Origin: Pristiophorus japonicus
Lineage: Eukaryota
DNA: 64,000 bases
Assembly (NCBI RefSeq): GCF_044704955.1
Contig: NC_091999.1
Span: forward strand, 11,470,001-11,534,000
Direction: 5' to 3'
Within the stretch, counting starts at the first letter, position 1, and the number at the start of each line of letters is the position of its first letter. The position numbers and the translations under genes were made by a program. Below are positions 13,701 through 26,622 of this stretch, in pieces. The notes under the pieces were generated by a model, which searched no databases, was not told where the DNA came from, and saw only the letters and a program-made list of their open reading frames with translations.

Positions 13701-14192
13701 TCACCAGACTGATTCGGGGGATGGCAGGACTGACATCTGAGGAGAGACTGGATCGACTGTGTCTTTATTCACTGGAGTTTAGAAGTATGAGAGGGGCTCT
13801 CATAGGAACATATACAATTCTGACTGGACAGGACAGGTTAGATGCAGGAAGAATGTTCCCGATGTTGGTGAAGTCCAGAACCAGAGGACACAGTCTAAGG
13901 ATAAGGCGTAAGCCATTTATAACTGAGATGAGGAGAAAGTTCTTCACTCAGAGAGTTGTTAACCTGTGGAATTCCCTACCGCAGAGATTTGTTGATGCCA
14001 GTTCGTTGGATATAATGAAAAGGAAGTAAGATGTGGCCCTTATGGCTAAATGGATCAAGGGGTATGGAGCGAAAGCAGGAAAGTGGTACTGAGACGAATG
14101 ATCAGCCATGATCTTATTGAATGGTGGTGCAGGCTCGAAAAGCCGTATGGCCTATTCCTGTAAATATTTTCTATGTTTCTATGTTTCTATGA
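10770..14192 (+). mobile_element. Near-full-length CR1 LINE (ORF1 SGNH/esterase C-terminus, ORF2 endonuclease + RT, 3' tail), inactivated
   Basis: GANDLGKK and DGLHL (ORF1); LNVRSI...ITETWL, VVYRPP and GKSDHN (EN); RT and C-terminal LEYCVQ-type segments; (tatgtttc)n tail; stops and frameshifts. Confidence 0.95.
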
Positions 14193-14216
14193 AACACCAC
14201 GTGCTGTTTTTGGGTC

Positions 14217-14234
14217 ACCCACCAGGGGGCGGCA
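14217..14234 (+). promoter_or_regulatory. CTCF-like motif
   Basis: ACCCACCAGGGGGCGGCA, a strong match to the consensus. Confidence 0.6.
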
Positions 14235-15059
14235 GGACGCCGCCCTTTCCCTTCAGTAAAGTCCCAGTACTTCATTCGGGCAGCACGTTTGTTTGTTGCA
14301 TTAAATCATTGAACTGAATATGGTGAACCAGTAGGCTGCTGGAAATTCATGCAATGGAAAGGAAGTATTTTGGAAGTCAAACTTCTGTTGGGAAGATCTA
14401 GATCACAGAAGACCCATCAATTCACGAAATTGGCAGAATAGTTACTGAAAAAGCAAATTATTGTACAGATAATTTGGTATAAATTTATTGACCAACAACT
14501 GACGGTGTAGGAAGGAGAGCAGATGCAATGATAAGTACGAGATGATGTCAGTCAGTTGCTGAACCTTTTATTAATCATTCTCTGGATGGGGGTGTCGCTG
14601 GCGAGTTTGGCATTTATTTCTGATCTCAAGTTGCCCTTTTAAAGTCTCTCCCTTGCTGTGCCACTTCAATAAGCAGCTAAGGGTCAGTCACATTGGTGTG
14701 GGACTGGATTCACCATCTCCGGACAACCGGGGACTGACAATATTCGCCAGCGCCACCTGTAACCTGCGAATGAATTAACATGCCACTTCTGCTCATCCAA
14801 CCACACTCGGTCTCTCCCTCATATGTCCAATCATCTCAAGGCCTGTTAGCGGTCCCCATTGGCTTAATAAATGATGGGATTTGTCATTGAAGAATATTCC
14901 CTTCAGCTGCTCAATGCAAAAACAGGATCAGCCTCCCAGCAAAGGCGTGAGTTTTGGAAATCAGCTATACCCGTGGAGGTCCGCATTGGCTGAGATTGTC
15001 AGAGCGGAAATTTCAAATTCACCCTTTTGTCTATCCTCACCTGCTTATGATTTGTTACG

Positions 15060-15328
15060 TATTTCAAGGATGATATTGTACAAAACTACGTAATACAACG
15101 CTTCATATTACGCCGACAATTAACCTTCAAACAATACTTTAATTGAGAGTCGGGGAAAAGCCAACACATATTTGGAATCGCTTCACTTCTGAATTAATTA
15201 CATCCTCAAAGTTGACTAATTTAACCATCACTGATCTCCAGCTGAGTGCCACGCGACTGTACGTCTGTGGTTCTGCCCTACCGCTCCAGCACAGTGATAT
15301 GACCTAGTTCTCCTCTCGTACAAAATCT
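15060..15328 (+). pseudogene. V pseudogene/relic with a well-preserved 23-RSS
   Basis: NRFTSELITSSKLTNLTITDLQLSATRLYVCG; RSS CACAGTG-23-ACAAAATCT at 15290-15328; 5' part degenerate. Confidence 0.8.
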
Positions 15329-15399
15329 GTCTGTGTTCTTTTTTGCCGGAGGATGTATTTAGTGCGGTCACATTGAGCTGCAGCACAGAATACAATTCA

Positions 15400-16020
15400 C
15401 GTGAGATGAATCATTGAATCATACAGCATTGTAGATGTCATTCGACCACGGTCCATTTGCAAGCTCTCCAATTTCTTCACTTTCCATTATTTTGCTCATA
15501 GCCCTGCAAATTTTTACATGACAGCTGAATATCGAATTTAGTCTTGAAAGTTATTATTGAATCTGATCCACCATCCTTTCAGGCAAATTTATCTTTCTCT
15601 CTGCTCTGATTCTTTTGCCAATTATCCTAAATCTCAGTCCTCCGGTTAATCGATCCTCCTGTCAGTACAAATATTTGCTACCTTTCTACTCTATCAACAA
15701 ACCTCATAATTTTTTAACATTTCAATTAAATCTCCTCTCAACTTTCTCTGCTCTACTGAGAATAAACCCAGTTTCAGTAATCCAGCCAAGCAGGTAACTG
15801 AAGTCTTTTATCCATGGCACCTTTCGAGCAAATCTCCTGTGCACCCTCTCGACTGCCTTAGCACATCATTGGATGCAATACTCCGCAAAGGCCTTAGTGG
15901 TAACTTAGAAAGCTCCAGTATAACGTCGTGGATATTGTACGCTGAACCTCTATTTATAAAGACCAGAATGCCATATGTTTGTTTTCAACAATCTCGTCAA
16001 TTTCACAGATTTGCAAATGA
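15400..16020 (-). mobile_element. Old CR1 LINE 3' fragment
   Basis: tgaatcattgaatcatacagc tail-type start followed by decayed RT C-terminal sequence. Confidence 0.6.
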
Positions 16021-17674
16021 AATAGTCAGAGTAGACCGCTAGGTGGCGGGTGTACATTTGTATACAAAATCTGCCCGGAAGGCAACTCAGCAAGCGCAGC
16101 TGGAGGTTTTGGAGAATAGGCAAAATAAATGATGAGCTCCGGGGAAGGTGGCTGACAGGTAGGACTTAAAACGAAAACATTGGGTTTCTGCTGCAAAATG
16201 TTAACGTACCTGCAGTTTACCACTCTGTCTACATGGAGGTAGAGATAAAACAGCGGCAAATCCGTGCCAACAGATACCCAGGCTCAAAGAAATCGTCTTC
16301 TGTCTTGTTGTGTTAAAGAGAACATAAAAAGAAATGGATCTTCCACTGACTGCAGCAGCAGCTCACCGACCACACCCGATAAAAAAAAAAATACTGAAGC
16401 GAAGTTAACCATTGGTAACTGTTTGTTTACTTGTGTCACTCGTCTTGTTGAAAAGTCTCACATCTTACCAACACAAAGTGTAAACAGAAATCTGGAATTT
16501 TGACCCTAAAATGCTTTGGATATTGGGGGTCAAATGGTGATTTCAAGACAGATAGATAGATTTTTGTTGGGTAAGGGTATTGAGTGTTATGGGGCAAAGG
16601 CAGGTAATTGGGGCTGAGGTACAGATCAGCCTTGATCAATTCAAAGGCGGGACAGGCTCAAGAAACTGAGTTGCCAACTCATATTCATGCCTATTGAAGG
16701 GTATGGATGAATCTGAAGCAAAGCGAATGGATGGAGTTGAGGTGGAGAATAACTATGAGCTAATTCAATGGCGTAACATGCTTCATGGGCGGAGTGGCCT
16801 CCTCCTGTACCTATCTGCCAGCTGTATCGGGGGATAAAATGAGTCCCAGGGTGGTGGTCGGATGTGGCACTCGCTCAGTGAGAACTGCTCATCTTTCAGC
16901 AGGGTTTCATTTTCAAAACTGAGACCAGGCGCTCCACAAGGAAAGAACTTCCATGTGTGACACTAATGGGAGCTAAAAGATAAAAGGTAAATTCTCAACA
17001 AACACTTAGAAAGGTGGTTTGATTTTATATATATATAAGCAAGTACGAACAGAGGAAATATTTCAAGATATTTTCAGATTCACTGCTCGAAAGGGCGGAT
17101 TTAACTGCTATACCACTCCGCACACAAATTGGGGGAACATATGAATCTGCCACTCCCAGGACCTGCCCTGGTCTTGCGTGGAGAAGCTCCCGATATTAAC
17201 TGGTTCGGCTTTGATGGAAATGTGTTCCTTAATGGCAGCGCAACCTTAAATATCCGCGCATTAAAGTAACATGTAAAAATTAAATCACACACACATGTAA
17301 CATATGGGAACGAGATCATGCCCTAATAACTCAGCGAACGGTAGAACGTTTCCGGCGCTGTCAACAACCCCATTCTCGGAACGGATCTGCACATCAATCC
17401 GTCACTTTAAGTAAAAGCATCTGATCAGAAGTAGGAAGCACTGTTTAACCCGTCGGTTCATTCTGGAATCGATCTTCTGGGATGATTGGAAACTGCAGTT
17501 TGTTTTCTCAGATGCTCCTTGGAAGCAGCTGTGCGACAGTTTGATCCGAGGTTAATTTGGTTTCCTCTTGGTCCGTGTTTGAGCGCCTGACAGCGCGCTG
17601 CTCATTGCGGTTGCATCTGCCCACGATTCCACACAACCTCAACAGGCAGGTGGTGTGACCTACAGTCCAATGCC

Positions 17675-17930
17675 AGTTTATGTACGGTGGGTGAGACTGC
17701 GCTCCATCATGTTGACTCTCAGGGTGCAGTAATGCATGGCAACCGAAGATGGTTCCACTGGTGACATTAATCGAGGTCTTGAGTTCAGGAGAGAAACGAA
17801 TTCTGATGCTTTCTCCTTTCAGTTCCCGTGTATCCTAAGACATTGAAATTGATCACATGGGAAGGGAAATATGATTACTTACACGGGAGAATCTCTTAAC
17901 CTGTGTTCGTCTCCTGTCTCTTTGAGCGTG
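17675..17930 (-). pseudogene. Highly degenerate V relic (same family as the 18.5 kb V)
   Basis: RFSPELKT...VAMHYCTLR followed by CAACATG-24-ACATAAACT; the spacer resembles that of the 18.5 kb V (ATGGAG...CGT). Confidence 0.65.
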
Positions 17931-18490
17931 TCATTCATTCCTGATTGTAATATTTCATACTTGATAGTGAGAGAATTGTAGGGCTATGGAGAGAGTGTGG
18001 GACTAATAGGATCGCTCTCTGAAAGAGCCAGCACAGGCACGATGTTGCGAGCTATCTCCTTCTGTGCTGTAACATTCCATGATTCTCGATCCGAGGCAAT
18101 ACCAGCGAATGTGTTCGCTCTGTTCCTCACAGCTAATCTGGAGCTGCTTTTTCTGAAATCACCCGGCTTGTGCCTCATGTAACTGACAGAGAAATTCAAC
18201 CTGGCCGATTGATTCATGGAAACATGAAACATAGAAAATTGGTGCAGTAGGAGGGCCATTCGGCCCTTCGAGTCCACACCGCCATTCAATATGATCATTG
18301 CTCATATTTCCCCCAGTCTCGCGAAATCAGTTACGTGACAGACTTTCACAAAAGGGGTTCCTCCCACCCCCCGCCCGTGTTCATCCCAGTCTAAGCCAGC
18401 TCAGGAGAGCAGCGCTCGGCAGCGGGACAGCATCTGATCGCCTTTATATCGGGTTTCATCAGGCAGAGCTGAGAACCATAATGCGACGGG

Positions 18491-18529
18491 AGTTTCTGTA
18501 CGAGGGTTTAACTGGTCTCCATCATCGTG
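18491..18529 (-). other. 23-RSS
   Basis: CACGATG-ATGGAGACCAGTTAAACCCTCGT(23)-ACAGAAACT. Confidence 0.9.
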
Positions 18530-18995
18530 CGTCTCAGAGCACAGTAATAAACTGCAGTGTCCGTCTGCCGAAGTCCCGAGATGGTTAAACTGGTGAATTT
18601 ATTATCGATTTGGAGCTCTGGAGAGAAACGGTTTGCAGCAAAATCAGCTTTATCTTCATAACCATTGGTGTATTTCAACAGAATAAACTCGGGCTGTCTG
18701 TCTGGATAATGGCGGTACCAGTATAAATAATTTAAGCTGCGCGTGCTATCATAGGTACAGTTTAAAATCACCACGTCTCCTTCTGTCTTAACTCCCGAGG
18801 ACAGCGGCTGAGTGACAGAATCTCCTTGAATTAGATCTGAAATATATTTTCAATTCGGGAAAGATTAGACCGACGTGTGTTTAAACTTCAGATCCAATCC
18901 ATGTTTACGAAATGAGAGAAACGATTAAAAGTGTTTGCTCCACAGTTACCTGAAATAAATATCCCCCACACAACCCAAATGCTGAGTGTTTGCAT
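18530..18995 (-). CDS. TRAV: Apparently functional TCR alpha/delta V gene segment (leader 18995-18950, V exon 18836-18530)
   Basis: MQTLSIWVVWGIFIS-D|gtaact...tcag|LIQGDSVTQP...LNCTY...YLYWYRH...NRFSPEL...DTAVYYCALR; C23, W41 and C104 intact; 23-RSS present. Confidence 0.95.
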
Positions 18996-19937
18996 TGTCG
19001 CTGTCCGCTCTGTAAAGGGTTGATATTTGAAGATACCCGTTCAAATCCCCACCTCAATAATCAGCTGTAGATATCAGCATGCTCTCAGCTCATGTCCTTT
19101 TGTCACCAGTGGTGCTGTGAGACCGCCAGGTGGTGAGCTGGCTGCCAGTGAATGGAAACACCACGAGCTGTGTTGCAGTCACTATGCTTATAGATGAATG
19201 GTTCCACTTTTAGAGATCGGAGCTGGGAGTAAAGCACTTGTTTGGTTATTATAAGCCGGAAGCCATGGGGCGCTTCATGGTGACAGCAAACATCCCAACA
19301 TTAAAGAGACATTCTGAAGACAATGGTCAATAAGGGGAACTTTGTGCTTGAGGCTTGTTTTAAATAGGACAGTCACTACCTTGTGAAATCTACTCATTGT
19401 GTATAAACAGCACCTGACCCAGCAACGTACTCTAATCAAATAAACTCGTTGTACAGGCCGCGATCAAAGGGCCCGGGAGATGTTTAGGGGAGATATATAA
19501 AGGGCTGCACAATATTGGAGGTAGGCGCCGAAAGGGCATCAAAAAACAACAGGAGAATTGAGAGCCCCAGGTGGATTTGTGAAGTTCGTTATCAGAGGGA
19601 ATGTGAGTTGAAGGCACAAACTAATAGAATTCCGCTAGTCGACCTCGTTTGTTCTTGCCGATCATTAACGCAGAAATCCTGGTAGTTTTGTTAATAGTGG
19701 AAGAGAATCGGTGATTGAAATCGGGGTTTTAGTTTACTGTCCTTGTAATAAAATAAAACACAACATGGCTGCCTGGGGTGCTAGTGCCAGTACATACAAT
19801 CACTACGATTTTATGTTTCGAAGGCGCAGGTTAATCTGACATTACGTTCTTCTTGAACCAGCATTGAACCAGCATTTCAGGAAAAGGCCCTTCCATTGAG
19901 TCTTAGCTGTTGTAGCATAAAATATAGGAATAGACCT

Positions 19938-20056
19938 CATCAGCAGCAGCATCCCCATCATGAGCACTATCATGATGATCATCACCATGATCATCAGCAC
20001 CATCGTCATGATCATAATTATCACAATCATCATCATCATAGCCACCGTCATCATCG
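19938..20056. repeat. (CAT)n-like trinucleotide microsatellite
   Basis: Directly visible; explains the poly-His and poly-Met ORFs. Confidence 0.9.
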
Positions 20057-20479
20057 GCAAACCGCTACCACAACCAACACTACACTATCAAAAATAACAT
20101 GAATATATTTTCAAGCAGGAGATTATGTTCGCGATATCACTGAAAATCGCGAAAAATGAGCTGTTCACGAAAGCAGACATGTGGCAACTACAGGAACGTT
20201 TTCCATCGGGATCACTGACAGTGAAATTCACTTATATCCATAATATTCCAAACATATTAGGCTGGCCGAGCGGTTCAGGCGTTGGACTTAAAAAACAATC
20301 TAACGAACGTTCGAGTCTCACTTCAGGTAAACTGCTTTACAGTGTTTGTTGCATTTCGGTTGGGTAACGGCATCAAGGAATATGTAGCCAAGGTGACTAA
20401 ATAAAACCGATGGACAAAGCCGCAATGATCTCATTGAATGGCGCTGGCTCGAGGTGATAAATGGTGTCCTTTTGTTCAA

Positions 20480-21090
20480 AGAGAAGAAGTTATCTTACAA
20501 ATACAGAAAAAGAGTGAGGAACAGAATGAGAAAGAGGTAGCGAGACAGATAGAAAGAGAGATGCATACAAACAGAGAGCGAGATAGACAAAGACAGAGAG
20601 AGAGAGAAGGAAAGTGAGATATATAGAAGCAGAGAGAGAGACAGCGGCAGAGACAGAGAGGTACAGACAGACAGAGAAACAGAGAGAGAGAGAGATGAAA
20701 AGTGAGATATATAGAAGCAGAGAGAGAGACAGCGGCAGATACAGAGAGGTACAGACAGACAGAGAAACAGAGAGAGAGAGAGAGATGGAAAGTGAGATAT
20801 ATAGAAGCAGAGAGAGAGACAGCGGCAGAGACAGGGAGGTACAGACAGACAGAGAAACAGAGAGAGAGAGATCGAAATAGATATACGCAGAAGGAGAGAC
20901 AGACAGCGAGATACACACAAACAAAGAGAGAAAGACAGACAGACAGAGAGGTACACACAAACAGCGACAGACACACAGAGAGACAGACTAACATGTACAT
21001 ATAAGAAGAAAGAGAGGCAGAGAGAGAATACACAAAAACAGGGAGAGAGAGTCAGACAGACAGAGAGCGCCACAGAGAGAGAGAGAGAGA
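20480..21090. repeat. GA-rich tract containing three ~87-bp tandem units (~20608-20870)
   Basis: aaagtgagatatatagaagcagagagagagacagcggcaga...acagagaaacagagagagag repeated three times. Confidence 0.9.
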
Positions 21091-21434
21091 TTGGCAGACA
21101 TGGAAATGGTGATCAATTCCCTAGTGTGAAAAGACAGGTACAGCACAGACGGCCACAATGGTAGATCAGTTGAGGAGTTTAAAAGGGGCACATTGAAAGT
21201 CGGGTATTGATGCATTGAAGAGAATTTGGATTAAAAATATTACAGCCTGTCGTGCTTAACAGTATAATGGCGTACAATGGATTGCTCCTATTTCTGTAAC
21301 GCATTCCTATCTTCTTACAGTTTTACAGCGATAACAGGTCAGTAACTGGGAGGTGACCCGGATTGCCCGAGACTGCCCACTTTCAAGAATCTCGCATTTT
21401 CCACTTTCTAAGCTCAATGTCTGAGACACGTGCT

Positions 21435-21685
21435 CCCTGTGTCTGTCAGTCTCCCGTCTCTGTCTTTCTGGCTCTATCTTTCTGTCACTGTCTCTCTCTC
21501 TCTGTCTCTTTGTCTGTCTATTTCTGTCTTTCTTGCCATTTGTGTGTTTCTCTCACTCTTTCTCACTCTGTTCCTCTGCCTCTCTATGTCTCTTTCTCTC
21601 AGTCTCTCGCTCTCTCTCCTCTTGCCGCATCAATCGTGAGCCCTGCTCTGTCTCTTTCTGTATCTGTAACGGTCTTTTACCCACC

Positions 21686-21721
<36 letters not shown>

Positions 21722-21787
21722 ATTTCTGTCTTTCTCACTATCTGTATCTCTCTCACGCTCTCTCTTCCCCGCCTCTATATATGTAAT

Positions 21788-21838
<51 letters not shown>

Positions 21839-22060
21839 ATCGATCTAACTATCTATCTATCTCTCTCTCTCCTCTCGCCGCCTCAATCGTTGTTCCCCCG
21901 TCCTGTCTCTTTCTGTATCTGTAACAGCCTTTTACCCCGCTCTCTGTCTCCCTCTATCTCGCTTTCACTCTTTCTATCCTTTTTTCCTGTCTTTCTTTCT
22001 CTATATCTCACTTTCTATCTAACTTTCAATAATATTATCTCTCTCTCTCTCTCTCTCTGA
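21435..22060. repeat. TC-rich polypyrimidine tract / (TC)n microsatellites
   Basis: Directly visible. Confidence 0.9.
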
Positions 22061-22284
22061 CGCGGTCTATCCTCATTTTCTGAAGGTAATGAGATGCATT
22101 TCCACATTTCTTAGTTCATATTCCAAAACATTCGCAAATATCATTTCATTTCAGTCAATCTTTTTTGCGGTTAGAAACCCACAGCCGGAAACTGTTGGTA
22201 TCTGATTCTGGTTCTGTCGGTGATGAAGTTCCGCTGTACACATATTGTACACCCAGACCACAGGCTATATTACAAGCCAGCCAT

Positions 22285-22628
22285 AGTTTCCATACGGGGC
22301 CTGTATCAGTTTAAAGCACTATGCTTTTCAGCACACAATAATACATCACACTGTCATCCAGCTGTAAACCTGCCAGGATTAAAGCGAAGAAACGGTCTGG
22401 TGCTCAGAGGTTAGAAGAGAATCGGCCTGCCACACGCTCTGTGTTTTGGCGTTCTCCCTCAGAATTCATTCTGACTAAAAGCACCGGCGCCTCCCCCGTT
22501 CTTTGCCAATCTCAGAGCAGATCATATGGGCTGCTGTCGGTGGAGTATGAACAGGGCAACACCATGCGTTCTTTCTCCACACACGGTACTGATTCTGACA
22601 GTTGCTTAATTGTATCCAAATAACAGTC
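22285..22628 (-). pseudogene. TRAV/DV pseudogene not visible in the ORF track
   Basis: tttgcag acceptor; DTIKQLSES...VLPCSYSTDSSPYDLL*...GEAPVLL, frameshift, GRFSSNL*...LQLDDSVMYYCVLK; RSS CATAGTG-23-ATGGAAACT at 22323-22285. Confidence 0.88.
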
Positions 22629-22719
22629 CTGCAAATAGTAAATGAACAGAAAACAAACAAGGGCTGAAATAGCGGCGACACCAATATCCACTCACTCCCT
22701 CCCTTTATCCTCGAGTCAG

Positions 22720-24360
22720 TGAATCATGAAAAGATTCAGCATATTATTTGGCCACTTAGGCGATCATAACTGTGAAGGCACTTTGATGAACCTATCCAAT
22801 TACTTCCCTAATATTTCCCATCGCCTTGTAAATGTTTTACTGTCAAATATTTGTTCAGTTCCCTTATAAAAGTTAACGGGTTAGATTTTTCTTTCATTTC
22901 TCAGCGATTTTCTCAGAGGTACAGCTGTTTTTCCGCCTGGCGAAAGTTTCCCCCTATGTTTTTTCATGGTTTCGCCCACATCTAAACACACCCGCCAGAA
23001 ACAAACCACGGACGTGCAACGCCTAGAAAAACTGCCAGGGCCTATGTTTGGCCTCAATCGCCGATCTCCAGACCGCCGAGAGAACCGCCCTGTAAAATCT
23101 GCTTAAACCGGGTGGTAGGTTATTACTCTGCAAAGAAAGGTAAGTTAAAGATTTTTTATTCATTTTTAAAACTTTAAAACGGCGATAATGTATAAAATTG
23201 TCTTCGGAATGCTTTATATGTTTTTATTTCATTTTTGTTGGCTTTTTAAAAAAAGTTTTCCCCCCGACCTAGGCCCAACCGCAGCCTCGGAATAAATTTT
23301 AAATACTTAGCGTCCATTCCGGAAAGTACCGCCCATTTGACGAAGTTTCCACTAAACCACCGAGAAAACAGCTGACACTGAAGGTGCACCGCCTATTTTC
23401 TCGATGGGTGATTAGTTTTAATTAGTTTAAAAATAAAAGTGGAAATTCTCGCCAGCATTTCTCATCAAACATTAGCGTTTCTTCTCAGCGGGCAATCGGG
23501 CATTGAGGCGTTCATAGGAACATTTAGCCCAAGATTACGTCTGTTTCCACTATCCGTTCAGGCAATGCTTTTCAGATCACAACAACACGCTGTGCAAAAA
23601 AATGTTTCTTCAGGTCGCCTCAGGTTCTTTTTCCAATCATCTTAAATTTTTCATCATTGATTACAAACCCTTCTGCCATTGGAAACAGTTTCTCCTTCGT
23701 GTCTCTATCAAAACGTCCATAAATTTGAACACCTCTAGCAAAACTCCCTTAACGTTCTCAGCTCCAAAGAGCCGAACGCCAGTGTCCCCAGTCCCTGCAC
23801 ATAGGTCAATTCCCCCGTCCCTGGTCCCATTCTATTACATCTCATCAGTACACTCTCCAAGGCCTTCTCATCATTCCGAAAGTGTGTTGTTCTTAATTGA
23901 ACACAATATACCAGATGAAGCCAAAGCAGTGTAAGTATATATTTTTTTGTTGTAGTACTCTGTGCCTCTATTAATGAACCCCAATATCCCATATGCTTTT
24001 TAACATGCGTCTCAACTTGTGCACCTTCAAAGATTTGTCTACATACATCCTCAGGTCACACTCTATCCCTGAGCACCATAAAAATTGTATCATTTACTGT
24101 CCATTTCCTCTGATCATTCTTCCGACCAAAAGTTATTACTTCACAACTCTCTGTGTTAAATTTAATCTGTGATGTGTCTGCCCCTTTCACCTTTCTATCT
24201 ACGTCCTCTTAAAGTCCGTTTCTATCCTCCTTAGTTTTGTACTAAATTTCAAAATGTTGTGTCGACTGCAAACTTTGAAATTTACCAATGTCAAGGTCAT
24301 TACATTATATCCAAAAAAGCACGGGTCCTAATATCGACCAGTGGGAACCACTACTCCTTA
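22720..24360 (-). mobile_element. Old CR1 LINE fragment interrupted by a MITE-like insert
   Basis: HLVYCVQL and KALESV-type C-terminal remnants and decayed FAVD/GP RT motifs on the minus strand. Confidence 0.65.
22878..23530. mobile_element. MITE-like non-autonomous DNA element with imperfect terminal inverted repeats
   Basis: Begins GGGTTAGATTTTTC and ends GAACATTTAGCCC (reverse complement GGGCTAAATGTTC); interrupts LINE sequence; no ORF. Confidence 0.55.
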
Positions 24361-25374
24361 CCTCGCTCCAGTCCAAGAGAATGATCAATCCAATCCAATC
24401 CATCCGTGTATCCGTCCGTCCCTGCCTCTCTCCCGCTTTCTAGCCAACCATTTGACAATCGATCATTTCCTACATGGCAGAAATTCCTCTCTACTTACAT
24501 CCATCCCTCCTTCCATAAGACAATTATTTATTTCCCAAACATGTATTTTAATGCCAGCGAAACGTTTCAGCGAGCTTCACAACAAGAATCACAATCAAAG
24601 CCCTGAAATCCTTTGATATTTTGGCAGCTTGTTCCCTCAGAAACTGATTCTGTCCCTGACTTTGAACTTCTCTAAAAGGTGAAATGGAAGCGAACTGTTG
24701 ACACTCCACTAAATAATCCGCTGTTTGAAAAGTAATATATGTGTGGTGGGTCCGTCCATTGAACCATATCGGCAGCTATCGCTCCTTCGTGGAAAAGGAG
24801 TGGTCACTGAATATGCTGTTCTGAATTAAACAGGAAGTGAAATGACCAAAAGGCGCTGTTGAGGAAAGTGCCCTGCGCACTGAGGCAAATACCTCAGTTA
24901 TCAGCCAGGGTGCAGAAGCTGCATGATGGGATTCTATTTTATGAGTTACTTACTGCAGTAGCTTCAGAGGGCTCTTTTAAATGTACCAGAAGTGATAAGC
25001 CAATTATAGGAAGCAATCTCACCCCTTCGCCGAGAGCGCAGAGAAAGAAATTATACACCCTTAATTGAAGCTTCGTTATTCAAGGCTCTCAATATGGTAA
25101 TTCTAAGGTCCTTGTTGTTGTACAGCTGAGACGACACAGCTCCTGGTGCCATGGTCACGGCAATGTGAAATTCCCCACCAGAGATGTGTTCAGTGCTTTT
25201 CTGCACTGGAGACAGACTCATGTCTCCGAAATACTGTAACCGGAAACAGGAGAGAGATTGCACCAACCGTCCAACGGCTGTCATTAAGAGAGTCGGGGAA
25301 AGGGAACAAGTCTGTAATGCACCAGCGATGTAGAACATCCTGACATGGATAATAATAAAATTATTAATAATTTA

Positions 25375-25812
25375 AGAAAGACCAGCATTTCTATAGCGCT
25401 TTTCGAGACCTCAGGACATCACAAGGATCCTTACATGAAATTAACAGTAGTCACTGTTGTAATTTAGGAAGCACTGCAACCACTTTGGGTACAGCAAGGT
25501 CCCACAAAGAGCAATGTGATAATGATCAGATTATCTGTTTTTTAATAATGTTGGGTGAGGAATAAATATTGTACAGGATACCGGGAAGAACACCTCTGCC
25601 CCTCTTCCAGATAATGCCGTGGGACCTTTTAGCTCCATCTGAGAGAGCAGACGGGGCCTCGGTTTAACGTGTTATCGGAAATGCGGCACCTCCGACAGTG
25701 CAGCGCTCCCTCAGTTATGGAGGCCTAGATTTTGAGTTGCAGTCTCCTGCAATCGGACTTGAATCCACAAAATTCTGAATCAGCAGTGCGAGTGCTGCCA
25801 CTGTGCCAATTG
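25375..25812 (-). mobile_element. tRNA-derived Deu-domain SINE (SacSINE1-like)
   Basis: Minus strand: A box TGGCACAGTGG, B box GGATTCAAGTCC, Deu core (aaacagataatctgatcattatcacattgctctttgtgggaccttgctgt) and an L2-type tail (aaaagcgctatagaaatgc). Confidence 0.8.
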
Positions 25813-25999
25813 GTTCAATAATAATAATGAAAATTTAATAAACCGCCACAATACGCACATGCCAACGGTGGTATAATTTGTACCAAAACACACACAACAT
25901 GGCTAAACAGAGATTCGCTGGCGAACAACTGTACACATTGCTAATTGACAGTAACATTTCTCATTGATATTGCTTTCATCCCGATCACATACAGTATTG

Positions 26000-26505
26000 A
26001 GCCATCGTGGAGCAGGTGCTACCAGAACTGACAGGTCATAATTATGCAGAAAGACTGAACATACTGTGGCTCTATACTCGAGGAAAGAAAAGGCCAAGGG
26101 GCAACATAATAGAGTTAAGTAAAATTATGAAGGAGTTCGATAGCGTAGGCATGGAGGATATGTGTCTGCTTGTGAGAGAGTCCAAAACTGGAGGCATTAA
26201 TATAAGATAGTCACTAATAAATACAATAAGGGCTTCAGGAGAAACTTTTTTCACGCTGAGAGTTTTTAGTGGATGAAACGTGATGCCACAGGAGTAGTTG
26301 AGCCAAATAGCATAGATATCTTTAGGAAGAAGCTCGATCAAGTTGTGATTAAGACGAAGGTAAATAATCACATCAGGGATAAATGAATAGATGGATCTAA
26401 TGATGCAGTGCAAAGATATCGGGTGGGAGGATTCTCGTGCGGTGAATAGACACCAGCATCGGACCACTTGGGCCGAATGGCCTCTGTCTGTGCTGTAAAT
26501 TGTAT
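26000..26505 (+). mobile_element. Old CR1 LINE 3' fragment
   Basis: LPELTGHNYAERL...RGNIIEL.KIM and a gccgaatggcct tail hairpin. Confidence 0.7.
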
Positions 26506-26622
26506 GTGCTACCAGGTGCAACGATACAGACAAATCCTTATTATCTAACCTCAGGGGCATGTATCTTGTATATAATAATGACAGGTGATCTTTGTAAAGC
26601 TGGGCAAGTCCCTCCTGATGCC

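Noticed and set aside
20608-20870. Regularly spaced repeats resembling a CRISPR array (also 42140-42390 and 35540-35950)
   Set aside because: Head-to-tail minisatellites without unique spacers, in a vertebrate context with no cas genes
19842-22060. Long His-, Met-, SL- and RE-rich ORFs
   Set aside because: Translations of microsatellite and low-complexity tracts
25740-25812. tRNA gene
   Set aside because: The A/B boxes belong to the SINE head; no full cloverleaf is evident
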